IMG/VR virus record: IMGVR_UViG_3300045988_085122
Coordinates: 1 to 37,439 of that record
From: a virus
DNA: 37,439 nucleotides
Reading direction: 5' to 3' (one strand)
Part shown: in pieces, positions 34,622 to 37,439 of the stretch
How positions within the stretch are numbered: position 1 is the stretch's first letter
Layout of the letters: each line of letters opens with the position of its first letter
Translations under genes and position numbers: made by a program
The notes under the pieces: model-generated
What the model was told of the DNA's origin: nothing
The model's database searches: none
The model's input: the letters and a program-made list of their open reading frames with translations, nothing else

Positions 34622-34858
34622 GTTTTGCCTCCCTAAAGCTCATCACTTATTGAATAGCCAACAACATTCTCTTTACCAAGATCGAAACATGATATCATTT
34701 CTTGATTTGCTTCGTCATCAAAGTGGCTAACTAAGAGAACTGTCTTACCACCTTCGCATAATTCTTTTGTGCTTGAAACATCATCTAAAATAAATGCTTC
34801 CCCATTTGCCAAAAAACACCTTTACACAATTATTCATCTTAATCAACCTCTCTTCTTA

Positions 34859-35050
34859 TTACTCTAAATAACTAAAAATACCAATCGTGACAACTGCTGA
34901 CGCGGATGCAACACATACAACTTCGCCTATTCCTATTAGATAAAAGCCTGCTCCGCATACGCCAAGCGCATCAAGTATATATCCTGCAATAACTCCAAAC
35001 GCGCTTACTCCTGAAATTATTGTAAAAATTAACGCCATGATCTTTTTCAT
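34859..35050 (-). CDS. small GxxxG-rich membrane protein (63 aa)
   Basis: The start is likely MKKIMALIFTIISGVSAFGVIAGYILDALGVCGAGFYLIGIG (RBS AAAGAGG). The track's longer ORF overlaps the upstream gene. Confidence 0.45.
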   Translation of the reverse strand: MKKIMALIFTIISGVSAFGVIAGYILDALGVCGAGFYLIGIGEVVCVASASAVVTIGIFSYLE

Positions 35051-35051
35051 A

Positions 35052-35546
35052 TTAAAACCTCTTTCTTTTCTTAAATGTTCTGTATTTGTAAATCTTGTAA
35101 TTTGTTCTTGCAATGAATGAAGCTCTATCAATGTATTGTGACAACGATCTATAGTCTTTTCTTCCCAAGAACTTAGCTACATCTTGCAAGCTGTAAAATT
35201 GATGCTTTTCTTTAGTAACAGCATCTATCAAATAATACGACTTTACCCGCTTATAATAATTATCAATCACGTCTTCCATACCCAGCCTCTTGGCTAGACG
35301 TTTCGCATACTTAATTCCATATCTCCGAAATGCTTCAGTTGGCAGCATATCCTTGTTGATCAACTCAGATATTTCTCTAATTTCGGCTTGTGTTAGTCCT
35401 ACCCTGTCCATCACTCCTATATCTCTAGCTTTTAAGATTCTATCCCAGCTTTCTTTTAACTCATCGGGCAGCTCCTTTATATGATCGTCCCACTCCATAA
35501 TTGGTCTCCATTGTTCTAACTCGTGAATTGCTGTTATAAGCTCCAT
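35052..35546 (-). CDS. hypothetical protein, possible DNA-binding regulator
   Basis: 164 aa, helical and basic C-terminus (KIYKYRTFKKRKRF); first gene after the ~480 bp noncoding region. A promoter-like TATAAT lies within the palindrome TATACCGGTATA at about 35565-35580. Confidence 0.45.
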   Translation of the reverse strand: MELITAIHELEQWRPIMEWDDHIKELPDELKESWDRILKARDIGVMDRVGLTQAEIREISELINKDMLPTEAFRRYGIKYAKRLAKRLGMEDVIDNYYKRVKSYYLIDAVTKEKHQFYSLQDVAKFLGRKDYRSLSQYIDRASFIARTNYKIYKYRTFKKRKRF

Positions 35547-35990
35547 TTTTACCTCTCCTTATCGTTTTAATATTATACCGGTATAAATGCCTTGCCACGC
35601 CCTCAAAACGTGTGACCAGCTCAAATCTTGTGGATGCAAGGTGGTGTTACAGGCTTACGAAGAACATGTTACGGAGTTTTGCTCCTCTCAATTTATTTGG
35701 CCTGTAACGTATTTAAAAGATTAAGTAGGTTTTATAAACCCTAATTTTTGGCAATAAATTCGCTTGGTTGCTGCAGCATGAATTAATGGGAAAGGGAAAT
35801 TTACACCTACCTTTTTAATAAATTTTGTTGTTTGCAGCTTCCTTACATCTTTACCACCTATGACTTAGCATCCTTTGACAGATACTAAGTCTGTACTGTG
35901 TCGCTATTTGTGAGATCCTGATTTACGGTTTTTTGTGTGAATGTATACCGTTCAAATAACCACGTCAGCATTTAACAGTTTTACGACTTG

Positions 35991-36050
35991 TTAAGGTCAA
36001 AATTTAACATTCTTCTGAAGCAATTGGTTTAACATTCTTCTGAAACATCA
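35991..36050 (-). repeat. tandem copies A and B of the conserved element (tttaacattcttctgaa twice, 24-bp period)
   Basis: ttaaggtcaaaatttaacattcttctgaagcaattggtttaacattcttctgaaacatca; the flanks match copy C at 32346-32377. Confidence 0.7.
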
Positions 36051-36202
36051 TAGTTTTTTGAAATTCTGTCTAGCACTAAAAATATGGCTATTAACATTAA
36101 AGCTATGATTCTCATAACAGGGCTTCCTTTAGATAAAGCTAGTTCAATAACCATAATTATTAAAGAGATTATCATGATGATATCTAATATTTTTGAATTC
36201 AT
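36029..36202 (-). CDS. small hydrophobic membrane peptide (57 aa)
   Basis: MNSKILDIIMIISLIIMVIELALSKGSPVMRIIALMLIAIFLVLDRISKNYDVSEEC, with RBS AAGGAGA 7 nt upstream. Its 3' end overlaps repeat copy A. Confidence 0.45.
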   Translation of the reverse strand: MNSKILDIIMIISLIIMVIELALSKGSPVMRIIALMLIAIFLVLDRISKNYDVSEEC

Positions 36203-36430
36203 ATTTTTTCTCCTTACAGTACGTTTATTTCTGCCTTAACCCAAATATCGCTTTCATCTCCTGCATTTCGAATTAAGCTTTCAAGCGTATCATAAGTTCC
36301 AAAAATTTGATTAGTAGTTAAATTAACAACTGAATATCCACCATCTGCATTATCTGCTATGAGCCATCAAGCACCAGCACAATTTTTAATTGTGTTGCCT
36401 ACTTGGTACATATCTTTACGACTGTTATTT

Positions 36431-36817
36431 TTAAAATGGTGCTTTGTGAGCGTCACGTACAAGATTTCCAAGTTGTGTAGTAACGTTTAATTCAGTTACT
36501 AGCGTGTCTAAATCTTCAATATCGTTTAAAGCCATAATACGTTGTTTTAGATAATCAATATCTTTTTTTGTTTGTTCGTGCTCTCTAGTTACTTTGTCTT
36601 TAAATGGTTCTAGTGGTTTCGAACCTTCCCAACCTTTGACGCTGTTTAAAAATCTTCGTACTTTATATAAAGAATAGCAACTAGGTGTAGCTCCACCTTT
36701 TAACCATCTACCGACTGTTGTATCATCAGCTTCAATCCTTCTTGCTAATTCTGCAATTGGTAAATCTTTATCTTCTTTGTATTCTTTAAGCTCTTCAATT
36801 TCTTCCATCAATTTCAT
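36431..36817 (-). CDS. HTH-containing hypothetical regulator
   Basis: 128 aa; LPIAELARRIEADDTTVGRWLKGG is HTH-like; coiled-coil C-terminus. Confidence 0.5.
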   Translation of the reverse strand: MKLMEEIEELKEYKEDKDLPIAELARRIEADDTTVGRWLKGGATPSCYSLYKVRRFLNSVKGWEGSKPLEPFKDKVTREHEQTKKDIDYLKQRIMALNDIEDLDTLVTELNVTTQLGNLVRDAHKAPF

Positions 36818-37050
36818 TTTTCTTCCTCCTCTAACTCAAAAACTGCAAATGATACATGCGCTTTTATTCCTACTATCGCAAGCGTTGCTACTAACTCAGC
36901 AATCCACAGCTTGAATAGAAACATATCAAAAAAATAGAATATCCCTAAAATCAAGATTATAACATTTACAAAAATTGCAATTCCTACTAACCAAGATAAT
37001 AATTTATTTAGTATTTTCATCTTCTGCATCTCCATCAAGTTTGTAATCAA
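36814..37050 (-). CDS. small two-TM membrane protein
   Basis: 78 aa, hydrophobic (WLVGIAIFVNVIILILGIFYFF ... LVATLAIVGI), acidic C-terminus EEEEK; 4-nt overlap with the next gene. Confidence 0.45.
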   Translation of the reverse strand: MITNLMEMQKMKILNKLLSWLVGIAIFVNVIILILGIFYFFDMFLFKLWIAELVATLAIVGIKAHVSFAVFELEEEEK

Positions 37051-37294
37051 CGATTAGCTTAGCTTTGACTAATGTATCGCCTTCGTCTCCCACTGTTAGT
37101 TTCAATTCTTTTAAAGATTCATACATTTTTGACGATACAGTTGCTGTGTATAAATTTATAAGGAAATATTCTGTACATCCATTAGAAGCAGCCTTTTGGC
37201 AAACTAAATAAACATTCCCAGCATCTTCAATCACACTTCCAACTTTATAAATATTTTTGTTTTTATAATCTTTATTTTTGTATTCAATTTCCAT
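37004..37294 (-). CDS. hypothetical protein
   Basis: 96-aa ORF immediately downstream of the methyltransferase stop. Confidence 0.4.
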   Translation of the reverse strand: MEIEYKNKDYKNKNIYKVGSVIEDAGNVYLVCQKAASNGCTEYFLINLYTATVSSKMYESLKELKLTVGDEGDTLVKAKLIVDYKLDGDAEDENTK

Positions 37295-37307
37295 TTTTAA
37301 GTCTCCT

Positions 37308-37439
37308 TTAAACTAATAAAATTTCAGCATGTCCCAGCATCTTTTTTTTGGCTGTTTCACACATTTTTTTCTCAACTTCAAAACCGTATGCACTGCGATT
37401 CAATTCAGCTGCAGCTCTTAACGTGCTGCCACTACCTGC
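37308..37439 (-). CDS. C-terminal end of the same DNA methyltransferase (stop TAA at 37308-37310); about 255 aa in total across the circular junction
   Basis: Reverse complement reads ...AGSGSTLRAAAELNRSAYGFEVEKKMCETAKKKMLGHAEILLV*. This is in frame with the gene body at 100-735 once the 99-bp terminal duplicate is collapsed. Confidence 0.8.
   Translation of the reverse strand, partial: AGSGSTLRAAAELNRSAYGFEVEKKMCETAKKKMLGHAEILLV

Overview
The window is a complete ~37.3 kb circular genome of a temperate siphovirus (prophage or excised phage) from a low-GC Gram-positive host. Several gene products (GH25+SH3b endolysin, BppU-like baseplate protein, Tal tail-tip lysin) resemble those of Lactobacillaceae phages. 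The first 99 bp (1-99) are identical to the last 99 bp (37341-37439), so the unique circle is about 37,340 bp, and one gene, an N4/N6 DNA methyltransferase, runs across the junction. Nearly all genes are on the minus strand. Read in the phage's own direction (decreasing coordinates), the map runs in seven blocks. (1) Genetic switch: cro and downstream genes on the minus strand, cI and an ImmA-like protease on the plus strand, diverging from 8030-8193. (2) Early/replication genes: Rha antirepressor, ERF recombinase, DUF968/HNH-like protein, HNH endonuclease, a DnaD-like replication initiator with internal tandem 15-mers, a DnaC-like loader, small ORFs, a RusA resolvase, and the methyltransferase that wraps the window end. 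(3) Small HTH and membrane proteins, an ArpU-family late activator, a tRNA-like fragment, and a Dam-class (D12) methyltransferase. (4) Packaging and head: TerS; a TerL split by a ~375 nt group I intron with recognisable P1, R and S elements; portal; Mu-F-like minor head protein; scaffold; major capsid; head-tail connectors. (5) Tail: major tail protein, G/GT chaperones with a canonical -1 frameshift on A_AAA_AAC, tape measure, Dit, and a Tal with SLT and M23 domains; then a BppU-like baseplate protein and small hypothetical proteins. (6) Lysis: holin and a GH25+SH3b endolysin. (7) A four-gene accessory (moron) island driven by two duplicated promoter/leader copies, then attP with arm-type repeats and a tyrosine integrase on the plus strand. 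No CRISPR array, rRNA or clean tRNA was found. The most interesting unexplained items are the moron island, a conserved ~30-45 bp element present three times (upstream of terS and in a ~480 bp noncoding region), the group I intron, and the tRNA-like 3' fragment.
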